This document shows, piece by piece, positions 1 to 13,110 of a stretch of 64,000 nucleotides of DNA. Both the position numbers and the translations under genes were made by a program. Position 1 is the stretch's first letter. Each line of letters starts with the position of its first letter. Origin of the DNA: Octopus vulgaris (Eukaryota). Under the pieces are notes generated by a model that made no database searches, was not told the origin of the DNA, and saw only the letters and a program-made list of their open reading frames with translations. The DNA lies in assembly GCA_951406725.2 (NCBI GenBank), contig OX597833.1, forward strand, positions 44,640,001 through 44,704,000, written 5' to 3'.

Positions 1-2905
1 CCGAAAGTCGTTTGAAACAGGTGGGTCAGGTATTCCTCGTCGACGCCTAGGTTTGCCCCGAGATCGTCGTCGTACCTCCCCTCCACTAATCCCCTATAGA
101 ATGCTTTGGTTGTGTTGAAGTCACTCAAGGTCGACCCGGGACGGCAGAGTTGCTTGAGAGCAACGCGACACTCGCGGTGCCATTCGCCCTTCCTCGGCCT
201 CTTTTTGATCCACGACTGCAGTTCGGTCATGGAGACGAGCTGCGGGAAAGCGTGCCTCACAAACGGCGACCACACCTGTTCACCGTCGTCTACATAGAGC
301 CAGAGATGTCGTAGTCTCAGCGCGTGTCTGCGCATCATCAACCACGGCATGCCCAGCCCTCCTTTTAACGGGTGTTGACAGCAAATGGATCGCCTGACCA
401 TCGGGACGCATCCTTTCCACAAGAAGCGGAAGAGAATGCGTTCTAGTTTGGTTATGGTAGGGTCGGGACAAGGTACGACGGTCAGGCGGTAGTAGATGAT
501 GGACGCGATGTACGCGTTCGCCACCTCCGCCCGACCTTTTAGGGGCAATTTCCTCTCGGCCCATTGCTGGGCGAGAGTGACCACCCTACTCGTTATCTCG
601 TTCCAGTTCTTCTCCATTTGGAGGTCCGGACCGAACCAGACCCCGAGCAACTTAACCGGGCCGTGTGTCCAGCGTCCCACGACGGAGGTACTGGTGGACG
701 GCATGGGTTTGCTTCTCCAGGTGCCGAGCCGCAAGCCCACTGACTTTTCCCGGTTGATTTTTGCTCCTGTCACCGCTTCGTAGTCTTTCAGTGTCTCGCC
801 GACCCGCTCGATGTGCGCGTGGCTTGACACTATGACGGTGACGTTGTCCGCGTATGCAGACACGCTCGTCCCGCATCCTAATTCTCGCGGGATGCCCCTC
901 AGAGTCACCAGCTTCCGCAGTAGTGGCTCAAGAGTCAATACGTATAGAAGCGCCGAGAGGGGGCATCTCTGACGGACCGAACGTGCAATGTCGAAAGGTC
1001 TCGATAGATGTCCATTTACGCGAATTACCGAACGGATGCCTCTGTACAAGACAGCTATCCAGCCGCGGAAGACGGGACCGAAACCAGCCGCTCTCAGGAC
1101 TGCCTCCAAGTATCGATGGTCTACCCTATCGAAGGCTTTCGATTGATCCAAGTTGATCAGGGCCCCACCCACGCCAGGTTCGTTAACTACCCTGTCTATG
1201 CTGTAGCGCATCAGATGGAGGTTGTCAAGGATGCTCCGGCCCGGCACGGCGCACGTTTGTGCGTTGTCGACCAGTTTCTCGATGACAAGCGCCAACCTCT
1301 TGGCTAACACCTTTGTCAAAATTTTCAGGTCTGCATTGAGCAGAGTGATTGGTCTAAAGTTATCTATAATGTTCCCCTTGTTTGGATCTTTCTTCAGCAG
1401 AGTTACAGCTCCTCGACTCACAAAACCGGGTATGCTTCCGTTTTGCTGCCAGTTGCAGTATACCGCTGCCAAGACGTCTCCAAACAAGTCTGGCATACAA
1501 TTGTAAAACTCGTAGGGTAGACCATCCAAACCCGGTGATTTGTCCCTCGAACATTCTGCCATCGCTTCCTGCACTTCCGCCGCCGTGATGGCACCTTCGC
1601 AGCACCCTGCCTTTCTTGTCGAGAGTCGTGGTAGGCTATGTAGGTAGGCACTGAAGTCCACCCTACGTTCTTGCCCTCCACTCGTCCCGAACAGTCGGGC
1701 AAAATGCTGCTGAAAGGCCTCACACATTTTACTTGGCTCGAGCAATTCGCGCCCCTGTTCATCTACCAGGGACCGAATGGTGGCTTTGTTGCCCTGTTGC
1801 GCCTCTGCCACCCGGGCCTCTCTCGCGGCTCCAACACCTTCGTCCCTTAGAGCACGCATCCTAGCTCTGACAGCACATCCTTCGTGTTTGGCGTTGAAGT
1901 GTTGGTCGAAGGCCAACCTCGCCGCCAAAACGTCGGAAGCGATGCCGCTTCTAATTGCCTCTTCTAGCTTCTTAACTAGCTCACCCTCTACTCTATTTCT
2001 ATCTATGGCTAGTGCTTTGCTGTACCTAATCGCTTCTGCTTTTACTGCTCTCTTGAGGGCAAACCACCATTTGTTGTTGATGATGGCTCCCGTCAAAGCC
2101 CTCTTTACTAGTGTGCTAATCCGGTCTCTGAAAACTTGTCTGGACGGGAATGATGCGTTCAGTTTCCAATACCCAGGAGCCTGTCTATGTGCCTTATCTA
2201 AGTCTAGCGTACACGTCACCAATTTGTAATCCGTGTAGCTGACTGTCTGGAATTGTGGACATCCTAAGTTATCCTTGTCTACTGTCCTACACAGTATCCT
2301 ATCTAGATACGATCTCGACGATCCACTGCGGTTGCTCCATGTCCACGTTGGTGCATTTGGGTGGTCGAGTCGGTACCTGTCAGACAGTTGGAATCGTCTG
2401 AGCAGGTCTCTGAGGCATTTGCATCCTCTTCTGTTTTTGTCTCTCCCCACATAGTCTAGATGTGTGTCCAAGGTAGCATTCCAATCCCCCACTAAAAGTA
2501 AAGGATGAGACGTTCCCAGGAATACTTCTAGACGTCGAAAGAAATCCGGCCGACCTGTTAAAGGCGGTGCGTAGACTGATACGAGTCGAAAAGCGCACCC
2601 ATTGCTGCCGTCGACATCCACAACCATCAGTCTACCCTCCGGGTCTACGAATATCGTCTTGACTTCGAGATCCAGGCTCCTGTGAAAAAGTACCGCGGTG
2701 CCACTACCGCCCATCCTCGGCAGACAGGAGCGAAATAAATGTTAACCTGTCCGCCAAACATGGACTTTAGGGCCCGTGGCTCGTGGAGTCTGGTCTCACT
2801 TATGGCTATGATTCCCAAATCATGTGACTTGATGTCATTTAGGAGGTATCCTTGTTTCCAAGGAGACCCCAAGCCACGCGCATTCACACAACCAATCTTG
2901 ACCAT
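1..2905 (-). pseudogene. LINE ORF2 (APE endonuclease + reverse transcriptase), frameshifted
   Basis: EN motifs MVKIGCVNARGL and ISETRL. RT motifs RPITLLNADLKILTKVLAKRL (~1280-1355), KAFDRVDH (~1115-1140), RQGCPLSPLLY (~955-1000) and AYADNV (~840-857). Several indels break the frame. Confidence 0.88.
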
Positions 2906-2955
2906 GATTCTATTGGGGTGTGTGCTTTAAAACACAAAAAGGAAAGTACAGAGAG

Positions 2956-4672
2956 TTACTTACTTGTGTCGAAAGTTTTGGCTTCCTCGTTCTTTGATGT
3001 GTCTTCGAGGAGGTTTTTATAAAGTTTTTGGGACAGATATTTTTGGAAACCCCCTACAGCATTTGGGAAGAGGGCTTTGAGTTTGTGGTGTTGTGTTTGT
3101 GTGATGTGTAGTATTTTGATGTGTTTGGGTGGTGTAGTGCGTGGATGATTGCTATTTTTAAAGTCATCTTCACAAATGTTTGTGTAGCCTGTGATGTACT
3201 CCATTAGTTTGGAGTCTTTGGTGTCTTTCGCTGATAGCATTGTGTGTGTTTTTGTGGTGTTGGTGCTTGTTTGGTTGTGTATGGAGTTTTCAGGGTTCAG
3301 GTATCTCCCTGCTTTGGTTGCGATTTCTTGTTTGGTTTTTCTTGATCTTTTTCTTTTACTCCCTGTGGCTATTTGCCATTCTGTCGAACTTTCATCGTTA
3401 GATGAAAAGTCTGACGAATCAGCAGGGGGTAAGGGTAAAGCGTATGGGTCTGTTTGTGCGGTTGTAGATATTGTTGTGATGCGCGGGGAGGGTGTTGCTG
3501 GGGGGTTTGTTGTGGTTATTGTCTCTCCTACATCCTTGGTGCTTGTCTTCTTCGTTGTTATTCTTGGTGTTGGAATTGGTTTATTTGTTGTTGGTGGTGA
3601 TGATTCTGTTCTTGGCGCTGGTGTTGTTGTTGTTTGGTTGGGTTGGCTTGTTCTTTGTTGTTTTTCATGCATTTCTGCATACAGCTTCTTGACTAGCCGT
3701 CCATATTGTGGTGTGGGCAATAATGCTGGCTTTTGTGGTTTTTCCTGTGGCTGTTGTTGTTGTTGTAATTTAGCGGCAGATTTGCACTCCTTTTTGAGGT
3801 GTGCCTCACTGCCACATGTATAGCATCGTGGCCTTCTGCCCTCGACTACTACGTACAACTTGCGTCCATCCTCAAGATGCATGTGGGTGGGAATTTTATT
3901 GATGTCGTCTTGACTTATGTGGAAGAGGAACTCCATTCTCTTTCCCAGCCAGTCCTTGTTTTTCGAAACACCGATATCTAGGATGTTTAAGTCCTCCATT
4001 TCGGATGTTAAGTCGGATGTTATCCACAGTGTTGTTGTTACTTGGGGGATATTATTGACGATGACCTTCGTCACCTTCTGGCCAAGGTAACTCGGTGTCA
4101 TCGTTAGTTCATCAGAATGAAGGGTTATCGTTGAGAATTTCTTCGCCAACTCTTCATTCTGAAAAACCACCTGTACGTGGGCGAACTTGTTCGCCCAAGT
4201 CACATAATCCTTGTATCCCCAGATGGGGCGTAGGCACTTTTCTATTTTGTCTGTGCTTGCCTTTTCTGGACTTTTAGTTTTTTTATTTGTTATTTTATAT
4301 AAAATGGTCTTCTTTTTTTCCTCATTCAGTATGTGTTGTGGTATGTGTAAGAGTATTTTGCCGTTTTCATTGGTGATAAGGTTTCTGCAATCTTTTATTT
4401 GTTGTGTAGTAAACGAAACTTTTGTTACTTTTTCTTTTATCGCCTCGGCGAAGTTTGTTGTTGTTTTGTTATTGTTGTTACTGCCGGTGGTGTTGGTGTT
4501 GATGGCAGGGGTGTGGGTTGTAGGTTTGTGGTTGCTGATTATGCAACTAGCAAGGGGTGGAAAATTGTCTGCGTAATTTAGTCCTGCATTAGCGCAAATT
4601 TCGGCATTTCGTTTGGTTGTCGTTGTTATTTTTTCACTTGTTGGTGATGGAGTGAGCAGTGGTTGAAGGGAA

Positions 4673-4704
<32 letters not shown>

Positions 4705-5277
4705 ATTGTCGTTCTTGGTGACGGCGGTGGTGTTAGTGGTATTAGTAGCATTGACGGCAAGGTCTTTGGTGGCGGTGATGGTGATGTTGGTATTGTTATT
4801 GGTGGCGATGTCCTTAGCAGGGATAGCAGTTTTAGTAGCAGATGCTGCCATGGTGTTGTTGTCGGTGTTGGTGGTGGACTCACTGGTGGTGTTGACGGTG
4901 CTTGGCCTTGCGACCTTTGTTTTGTATTTGTTGCTGTTGTCGATGCTGATGGTGGTGGTGGTGGTGGTGAAAGCGGTGGTGGTAACAGTAGTAGTCTCTT
5001 TGTTGTTGTTCTTGTTAGTGGTGGTAGTGGTGACAGGGTTGTTACTACAAGTGGTTGCAGCGTTCATTGCAAATTCATTGATGATTTCACCTTGCGTGCA
5101 TAAATTCTTTTTTTCTCCTAGCGTTTCCAGACTAGGAGAATGATGGTCGATAGAGGAACGCGACCATCGTTCTAAAATACAATTTCTTGACATTTTCAAA
5201 ATGTCGAAAAGGAAATTACACAAATTAAATAGGGTTGAAACTGCCCCTAGGGGCGAATTCCTCCCTTGGAAAAGCAC
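2956..5277 (-). CDS. LINE ORF1 protein (Thr/Asn-rich N-terminus, central globular region, CCHC zinc knuckle)
   Basis: 773-aa open frame containing CYTCGSEAHLKKEC (C-x2-C-x4-H-x4-C), immediately upstream of ORF2. True start codon uncertain because the track starts at a non-ATG codon. Confidence 0.85.
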
Positions 5278-5400
5278 TCAAACGAAAGTTGGGTGCCTTA
5301 CACAACTTATTTACAAAAATGTACACAAAAATTGGCCTATAAATAGTCAAAATAAACGATTACCTTCGGAGCTGAACTGACATCACGTCCGTCAATAAAC

Positions 5401-5471
<71 letters not shown>

Positions 5472-5492
5472 CAAAAGATGCATACATACATA

Positions 5493-5539
5493 CATATATA
5501 CATAATGAGAGAAAGAAAGAGAACAGTTTCACACTTAGG

Positions 5540-5583
<44 letters not shown>

Positions 5584-5750
5584 GTGTGTGTCTAGAGATA
5601 CAACAAAATCTGTTTTAACACACATATACATAATGAGAGAAAGAAAGAGAACAGTTTCACACTTAGGGCGTGTGTGTGTGTGTGTGTATGTGTGTGTGTG
5701 TGTGCGTGTGTGTGTGTCTAGAGATACAACAAAATCTGTTTTAACACACA
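5493..5750. repeat. Two tandem ~128-bp units containing (TG)n, flanked by (GATA)n/(CATA)n microsatellites
   Basis: catatatacataatgagagaaagaaagagaacagtttcacacttagggcg(tg)n tctagagatacaacaaaatctgttttaacaca occurs twice. Confidence 0.85.
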
Positions 5751-5822
5751 TGTTCACATCAAGAATCCTGCAAATCAAATAAAAAACGAATTATATATAC
5801 ATATGTATGTATGTATGTATGT

Positions 5823-5891
<69 letters not shown>

Positions 5892-6185
5892 CAAAAGATA
5901 CATACATACATACATACATACATACATACATACATACATACATACATACATACATTATGAGAGAGAAAGAGAACTATTTCACACTTTGCATTACATGCCA
6001 CTCATTCACTCACACTTCAAATTTCAATTTCAACTTCTCACCTTCACACATTTAGCGCTCTATCTTTACTGTTACCTATCATTTGATAACAATTTTTACC
6101 TGGATCAGTTATGCTTTGTGGTGAAACTACAATTCCTGAGAGGCGTAGATTATTTCCTCCTTTGTCTTCTGGCCTTTTAACTGCG

Positions 6186-6243
6186 ATGAAGCTCTTATTT
6201 ATAATAACGCTGCGGCCTTCTGACAATTCAGTTTCTGGTGATT
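6186..6243 (+). CDS. Candidate signal-peptide exon of the Ig-mucin gene (copy 1): MKLLFIITLRPSDNSVSGD
   Basis: gcgATG start, 19 codons + 1 nt, then a GTAAGT donor. Phase 1 matches the Ig1 acceptor. K followed by hydrophobic LLFIITL and a V-S-G cleavage-like end, though the h-region is short. Confidence 0.5.
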
Positions 6244-6359
6244 GTAAGTTAAAGAATATGATCTTCAGAATTCATTTTTCATTTTCCTCTCGTATCACCA
6301 TTATTCTCTTTATATAATTCTAACCCCCCTCACACTCTGCCTCTCTATTTATATATGTA

Positions 6360-6462
<103 letters not shown>

Positions 6463-6763
6463 ATACACACATTCACACACGTATGCACACATACACCCAC
6501 GCTCAAGCACACACACACATACACTACATCTACCATGTCGTTATATTTATATACACACATTTATATATACATAATATATATATATACATTTATATACACA
6601 CACAAACACAAAAACACACAACAGTTTATAAAGGAAACGGGTTAATAGTAATCAATACATTGTATAGTTTTGTTTATACATTATTTAATTTAAGGATTGG
6701 ATCAATATTTAAAATTCTCTTCCTTTGTAGGGTTTCTCTCTCTCTCTCTCTCTCTCTCATATA

Positions 6764-6863
<100 letters not shown>

Positions 6864-7313
6864 TGTATTTATTTATTCACTTATTTACTTACCTATATAT
6901 ATACACAGTATAATATTATTTTGTCTGCAAGTCGGAAACTTTACGAAGCAAAAAGCAAACAGTTATCAATATTTCGCGAAAAAGCAAATTTACTATTAAA
7001 GATGACTATCTTTCAATTATTTCGTGTTTTCTCGCCGAAGAAGCGTTCAACAGATATTTCAACGAGTCAAATAATTTTCCCAATGCTAACGGAATAATTG
7101 TCTGCGTTCAGCGACGTGAAACGGCGTGTTGTCAACTTTCGTTTGGTTGTACTTGTTTATATAAATAAAATAGTTTAAACTTATATATTTAGTGTTTTAG
7201 ACAAGAAATACTTTTCTTTGCTAAAACATTCAATCCTATAACGCTATAAAATCATCTTACGATTTCTGGTACCTTTGATCTTTGATTAAAGAATTTTTCC
7301 ATTTCATTTTATG

Positions 7314-7412
<99 letters not shown>

Positions 7413-7639
7413 CAGAGAGAGAGAGAGAAAGGAAAGTGAGTTAGGGTTACGGTTACGGTTTAGTGTTAGAATAGGTGTTAGGGTCAAGGTTTTTGCTACG
7501 CCGAAAACGGTGGTGTACGTACTCTTTATCGCCGACGGAAAAATAATTAGTACATTTTGAGTTAATTATTGTAATAACTGTTTGTGTTGTGTCCTTTTGT
7601 GTAGGAGGGTGTATGAAGAGTGGGTGACATAGGTCTTCC

Positions 7640-8276
7640 AAATAACACCCTTTGACCAAGTAACCTTTCCTCGATACAAAAAGCACAACCCGACATAATC
7701 TCAACCACTTTTTCATAGCCATTTTCAGTCCTTCCATGTCTTCAAGTTGCGGTCACCGAACACTCTCCTTTATTGCACCAAATAAATTAGAAATCTGAGG
7801 GTACCAGATCTGAACTGTTCAGTTGATGGGGGAACCACTAGCCAGCCCTTTCTGTCGATTGCTTTGTTTATTAACGATGATGTGTGTAGTCGCACATTAT
7901 TATGGTGACTGTGGCCCATTTTCAGATTCCGATTCGGTTTCTTCCTCTAAATCGCCCCTCTAAGCCTTTTGAATATCGAAGTGTACTGTTCGTTGTTCAT
8001 TGTGCAGCTACGTACTAGAATATCAAAGAGAATTATGCCCATGTCATCTAAAAAGACAAAACGGTTACTTTGACTTCCTGTACCGAATCTGGTTGTCCTT
8101 GGAGAAGAATTGTAATACCATTCTATGGACTGAGTCTTCGTTTCAGGATATAAAAGAAACGCCCACATCTCATCCCTTGCTGCCAGATCGGAGTAAACGT
8201 GCGGAGAAATGGCTTCAAAAGCTTCCAGCAAATCAGAACTACATTTCACCCTTCTTTCTTCCAAAGTGGTTACCAA
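7640..8276 (-). mobile_element. Degenerate mariner/Tc1 transposase remnant (copy 1)
   Basis: DEMWAFLLYPETKTQSIEW resembles the mariner DETW...PETKxQS.EW motif. Also FLDDMGIILFDIL, Y..I.KRLRGAI and a downstream SSDLVPSDF (cf. YSPDLAPSDF). Boundaries approximate. Confidence 0.75.
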
Positions 8277-9314
8277 TTCCCGGATTTATCCAGTTTGGAC
8301 ACGCTTGTCGACCCACTCAAAGTATCCCACCATATCTTGTAATGCATTATAACCCCAATTCAGTTGTGCAGCAACATGAGTAGAAGATTTTTTTAGCAGT
8401 CAAAACAATTTTTATCCTGAAAATCACCTGTTACTTTTGTTTTAAAGTGAAAGAGAAGAGAAAGGGAAAGATATATAAACGTGTATATGAAATGGGCGTG
8501 TATGTGAGAGAGAGACAGGGTGGGGGAGAGAGAGAGTGCCATTTACACATACATGAGAACACACACGTTCACTCACCCACACTCTCTCTCTCTCTCTCTC
8601 TCTTTCTTTCTCTCTCTCTCTCTCTCTCTCACCCTATCTCAAACACACATGCACACGTACATACAAAAATGGTGTACGCATATGTATTGATATATGTACG
8701 TCTTCACTCACTCTCACTCTTTCTCTTTCTCTCTCTCTCTCTCTCCTCTACTCTCTCTTTCTCTCTCTTCCTCTCTCTTTCTCTCTTTCACAGGTACTCG
8801 GCCAATTCATATACACATACATATATCTTTCACTTTCTTCTCTCATTCACTTTAAAACAAAAGTAAAAATAGAAAAATGTTTACGGAAATAAACGAACTC
8901 CGGTGATGAAATCACATTCAGTTAAAAATATTTCTAAATAATTAAAATATTGTTTACGTCAAAAAGAAGACTTTTTGCTTATAGGCGCGCAGACTGTGTG
9001 TGTATATGTCACAGATAGCGGACGTGTGTTTGTAATGATTGACACGCCATAACATTCATCCTATGTGTGTGTATTCTATATGTGTGTATATGTTTATGTG
9101 TGTTGATGTCACGGAAGCGAGATCTTTTTCGTCAAGAAATAACAAACAAAAATTGTGTTTAATCATTAAAAAATAGAATCCCAAATATCACAAAAATTTG
9201 TACTGCACTGCTGAAGGTAAGTATAAAACAAAACATGTAAAAAAAATTAAGATAAAATATACTATTTCTGAGATATTTCGGTTACACACAAACATCCCTA
9301 CAGTTTTATTATTA

Positions 9315-9366
<52 letters not shown>

Positions 9367-9427
9367 TACATTACGGAGATGTACTTGCATAGCAAGTGAC
9401 CTGATCTGACATCGTGTGCTGGAACGA

Positions 9428-9693
9428 AAACAATTGCTGCGTGAAAGGTGTTTATAAGTTATTTAAGAAACACACAAAAACCGTTAGATTCACTTCAACA
9501 TTCAAATTTAATTTGTCAAAATATTTTCGTCGCTTTCAGACCGCGACTTGTTCACTGACAAAACTTCGTCCTGTCGCGGTCTCAAAGCGACGAAAATATT
9601 TTGACAAATTAGATTCAAATATAGAAGTGAATTTATCTGTTCTTTGTGTGTTTCTTAAATGGCTAATAAACACCTTCCATGCTGCAATTGTTT
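9428..9693. repeat. Imperfect ~265-bp foldback/inverted repeat (MITE-like); second copy ~37582-37847
   Basis: Left arm aaacaattgc...ttgtcaaaatattttcgtcgcttt(c)agaccgcgac and right arm gtcgcggtctcaaagcgacgaaaatattttgacaa...gcaattgttt, with a ~24-nt loop; adjacent to TA microsatellite. Confidence 0.8.
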
Positions 9694-9694
9694 A

Positions 9695-9730
<36 letters not shown>

Positions 9731-9852
9731 TGTATGTATGTATGTATGTATGTATGTATGTATGTATGTATAAATTATACAGGTTGTCTCGTAGTCATGG
9801 AACACATCTTAAAATCAAGTAACTAAGACTGGAACACACATTTATTACAAAT

Positions 9853-9934
9853 ATTGCTTTGGCGATGCATAATAGAGAAGATTAGCACGGTCCCTGCGCG
9901 AGGATCACACAAACATTTGTAAAGCGTTCCTAAT
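9853..9934 (+). pseudogene. Degenerate U6 snRNA pseudogene (copy 1)
   Basis: atagagaagattagcacggtccctgcgcgaggatcacacaaacatttgtaaagcgttcc aligns by eye to U6 ACAGAGAAGATTAGCATGGCCCCTGCGCAAGGATGACACGCAAATTCGTGAAGCGTTCC. The ACAGAGA box is mutated and there is an internal deletion near the 5' end. Confidence 0.8.
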
Positions 9935-10206
9935 AAATCACCGTAATCTAAGCGATCCGGCAAGAGATACGATAGAACAAGTACGAAACTTTTAAAACAT
10001 AAATACTAGAGTCAGTTCAATTCTTTCGACTACAGCCCTTCAAAGCAGTGTCTCAACATTGTCGCAGTGCAGTGATTGAAATAGGTGAATGTCAAAAGAT
10101 AATATTATGGATAAAATGTGTCCGATCATAATGAGCCTCCGCGTATATACTTTCTTATATAACCTTTGATTTACAGTTCCTTATTTTGTTTTGTTTTTCA
10201 TTACAG

Positions 10207-10527
10207 ATATGAAGTTATTTATAGCACCGAGCACTGGTCTTGATATAAGAGGGATAACTAAAGTCGCTCTAATATGTAGCTATGATGTGCCAGAGCTCAC
10301 TACTTTCGAACTCTTTGCAAAGACCAAATCTTTGGTAAAGATGTCATTCCAGACAAACAAAAAGACTGCGAATAAACTCATACACAAACGAGATGGTTTT
10401 GACTGTACTTTAATTGTTGCTTCTAAAGGGGATATTATCTGTTGGAAAATTAACAGCACATGCAAAGATGAAGGACCTTACAGATGTGCAACAGATAAAA
10501 AATCTTCAAAACCGACAGTATTAACAG
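10207..10527 (+). CDS. Ig-superfamily domain exon 1 (V/I-like), copy 1
   Basis: Pyrimidine tract + ttacAG acceptor, G|GTCAGT donor, 321 nt, phase 1-1. KVALIC B-strand Cys, DEGPYRC (D-x-G-x-Y-x-C) and an NST sequon. Confidence 0.85.
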
Positions 10528-10576
10528 GTCAGTTCTTCCCGTTTTGTCTCTTATATTGTTTTATCATTAATCATTA

Positions 10577-11384
10577 ACAGTATTTCGTCCGTCTTTACGT
10601 TCTAGGTTCAAATTCCGCCAAGGTCGGCTTTGCCTTTTATCCTCTCGGAGTCTATAAGTATCAGTCAAGCACTGAGGTCGATGTAATCGCCTTACCCCTC
10701 CCCTTCGATTGCTGGCTTTGTGCCAAAATTTAAAACCATTATTCTCCAGTAGCTCTGCGGTAAGGAGTTTGCTTCCAAACCACATGGTTCCGGGTTCAGT
10801 CTAACTGAAGGGCAAGTGTCTACGACAAAAACTTTATGTTGGGATTCGTAGATGGAAACTAAAAGAAGCCTGTCGTCTGTGTGTGCGTGTGTATGTGTGT
10901 GTGTGTGTGTGTGTATGTGTGTACGGGATGTTTGTGTCTGCGTACGTGTGTGTGTCTTTGTGTCCATTCAACCACCACCACCGCTTGGCTTGTATGAGTG
11001 CCCGTAACTTAGCGGGTCGGCAAAAGAGAATGAAAGAATAACTACCACGTTTTGAAAAGAAATTAAGTACTAGTATAGAACTAAACCCTTCAAGGCGGTG
11101 CCCCAGTATGACTGCAGTCCAATGAATGAAACAAACAAAAGGAAGTAAAGAAGATTTTTGCTGCCGGTTTTCACTCCACTGCCGAGCACAAGTCTATACT
11201 CCACGAGTATGAGTAAGAGTGTTTTCTTTTGGTTTTTTAAATTTTCGTTGCGTTGCAAGTATTCTTTTACATGTTTCAGTCATTTGACTGTGGCCATGCT
11301 GGAGCAGCGCCTTTAGTCGAGCAAATCGACCTCAGGATCGGTTGTCAAGCGATGTTGTGGGAACAAACACAGACACAAAAACAT

Positions 11385-11481
<97 letters not shown>

Positions 11482-11727
11482 TACGACGGGCGTCTTTCAG
11501 TTTCCGTCTACCAAATCCATTCACAAGGCTTTGGTCGGCCCGATGCTTCATTTTCGCTCATCATTTTCACGAAACTTATGTCCGAGGTCGACTTTGCTTT
11601 TCCTCCTTTCAGGGTCGATAAATTAATTACCAGATACGCACTGGGGTCGATGTAATCGACTTAATCCCTTTGTCTGTCCTTGTTTATCCCCTCTATGTTT
11701 AGCTCCTTGTGGGCAACAAAGAAATAA
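10577..11727. mobile_element. Cluster of decayed SINE fragments interspersed with (TG)n/(TA)n
   Basis: Recurrent motifs gttcaaattccgcc.aggtcg, gcactggggtcgatgtaatcgactta and gttccgggttcagtc, shared with the SINEs at 16078 and 18170. Confidence 0.65.
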
Positions 11728-11729
11728 GT

Positions 11730-13110
11730 GCTTACAGATCTGTGGTCCATCAAAAATCCCTGCTTTAAGTTTTTCAAGCATCAAGTCTGGAAATACACTG
11801 CAGATATACTTGAAGCACTCCCCATTTTTGTCAAAAGCTTTGACGAATTACTTTATCAATCCGAGTTTGATGTGCAAAGGGGGAAAGGATCTTATCTTGC
11901 TCAACTAAAGTTTTTTTCTAGTATATAGGGAGCTCTACGTGGAGTCATATTTGTTCAAGGCGGCCAGTCTTTCTTAACATAGTGGTTTACTCGGTCTCTA
12001 CTGTCCCACATGCAAAGAAAGCATGGATATTTGGTATAACCAGATTGCCATCTTTAAGTCAACACAGACGACCCATGTATGATCATGATATAGTATCTTC
12101 TCTAAAACCAACTTAACCTCTTTATATTTTTCCTTCGGGGTTGTTGAGTGGCCAAGTGGGACAGAGCCATACACATTTCCGTTGTGCAACAATACACATT
12201 TTAAACTACGCTTAGAGCTATCTATGAAAAGATGCCATTCCTCTAGTTTGTATTCCTCAATGCCCAGAAGCCCACTGATATCTCTGCAGTAAAGCAGCTC
12301 TTCTTTTGGGAAGAAAAAAGGAACTCTTCATGCCAACTCCGATAAAAGGTTATACGGACACCATTCTCTAGAAGATTGTTCTCTTTCAGTGGGGAAGCCA
12401 ACGGTTCTGAAGAATTCTTTGGAAGGTTCAAGTCACGAACTAGATCATTCAGCTCTACCTGGGAGAATAGCTGAGGTAAAGTCTCAACTGAAAAGCCTTG
12501 ATCTCTAGTGTCATCTTCAGGTGATGAATCTTCTTTGGATGAGAGTAAAGTTATTTGAGGCAAGACATTGAAGACAGGAACAAAAAAACTTTTCACTGTA
12601 TATGAACCGGTCTAATAGCAGAGGCAAGATTAGGATAGACAAGGGTTTGTTGATTTTTCCACTTAAAACCCCTTCAAATTTAGGTTACAAAAATAGCAGT
12701 CGTCCACGTGATTATAGGGCTCCCGCCATACCATTGGTATAGCAAACCTCATATTTTTTCTTGTCTCTTTAGTCCATTGACGCAAATGTTCTGTACATTT
12801 ATTCCAGACACTATATGGTGCCCAATATTTATCTTGGTCTCCCAGCTTGACCCCAAAATATGCCATATATGCTCTTTCAACAAAATCAGTGATGTTGTTT
12901 TCAATTTTCAGGTAATGTGTATTCTCCACAAACATAACAAAACACATTTGGAGAATTAACAAAACACTTTCTCGAAGAGAACATCTTGTGCTCATTTTCT
13001 ATTGCCTAGTTCACCACAACATCTAAAAAAGTATGTAAAAAGGAAAAAATCTTAGAATTAGAATAAGGTAACGAACACTGTGTACTGGACGTACACACAC
13101 ACATAGTGAC
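11730..13110 (-). mobile_element. DNA transposon transposase remnant, probably Chapaev3-like (CMC), copy 1
   Basis: YFGVKLGDQDKYWAP..., IPMVWREPYNHVDDCYFC (Cys/His zinc-finger-like), QVELNDLVRDLNL, LFIDSSKRSLKCVLLHNGN and WVVCVDLKM; frameshifted. Superfamily assigned from recalled motifs, not a search. Confidence 0.6.

Larger units (their letters stand above)
1..5391 (-). mobile_element. L1/Tx1-clade non-LTR retrotransposon (copy 1); 3' part runs off the window start, 5' boundary approximate
   Basis: Two-ORF layout on the minus strand: ORF1 with a CCHC knuckle, then 50 nt later ORF2 with APE endonuclease and reverse transcriptase motifs. GC-richer than the flanks. Confidence 0.92.

Noticed and set aside
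3191-5143. Hydrophobic Val/Leu-rich + strand ORFs (e.g. 3191-3823, 4663-5103, 4673-5143)
   Set aside because: Antisense shadows of the Thr/Asn-rich LINE ORF1.
2956-5277. Thr-rich LINE ORF1 as the source of the Thr-rich microexons
   Set aside because: Opposite strand and only compositional similarity; no specific nucleotide match seen.
7438-7492. TTAGGG-like motifs suggesting an interstitial telomere
   Set aside because: Only two exact units among degenerate ones; more likely part of a small repeat element.
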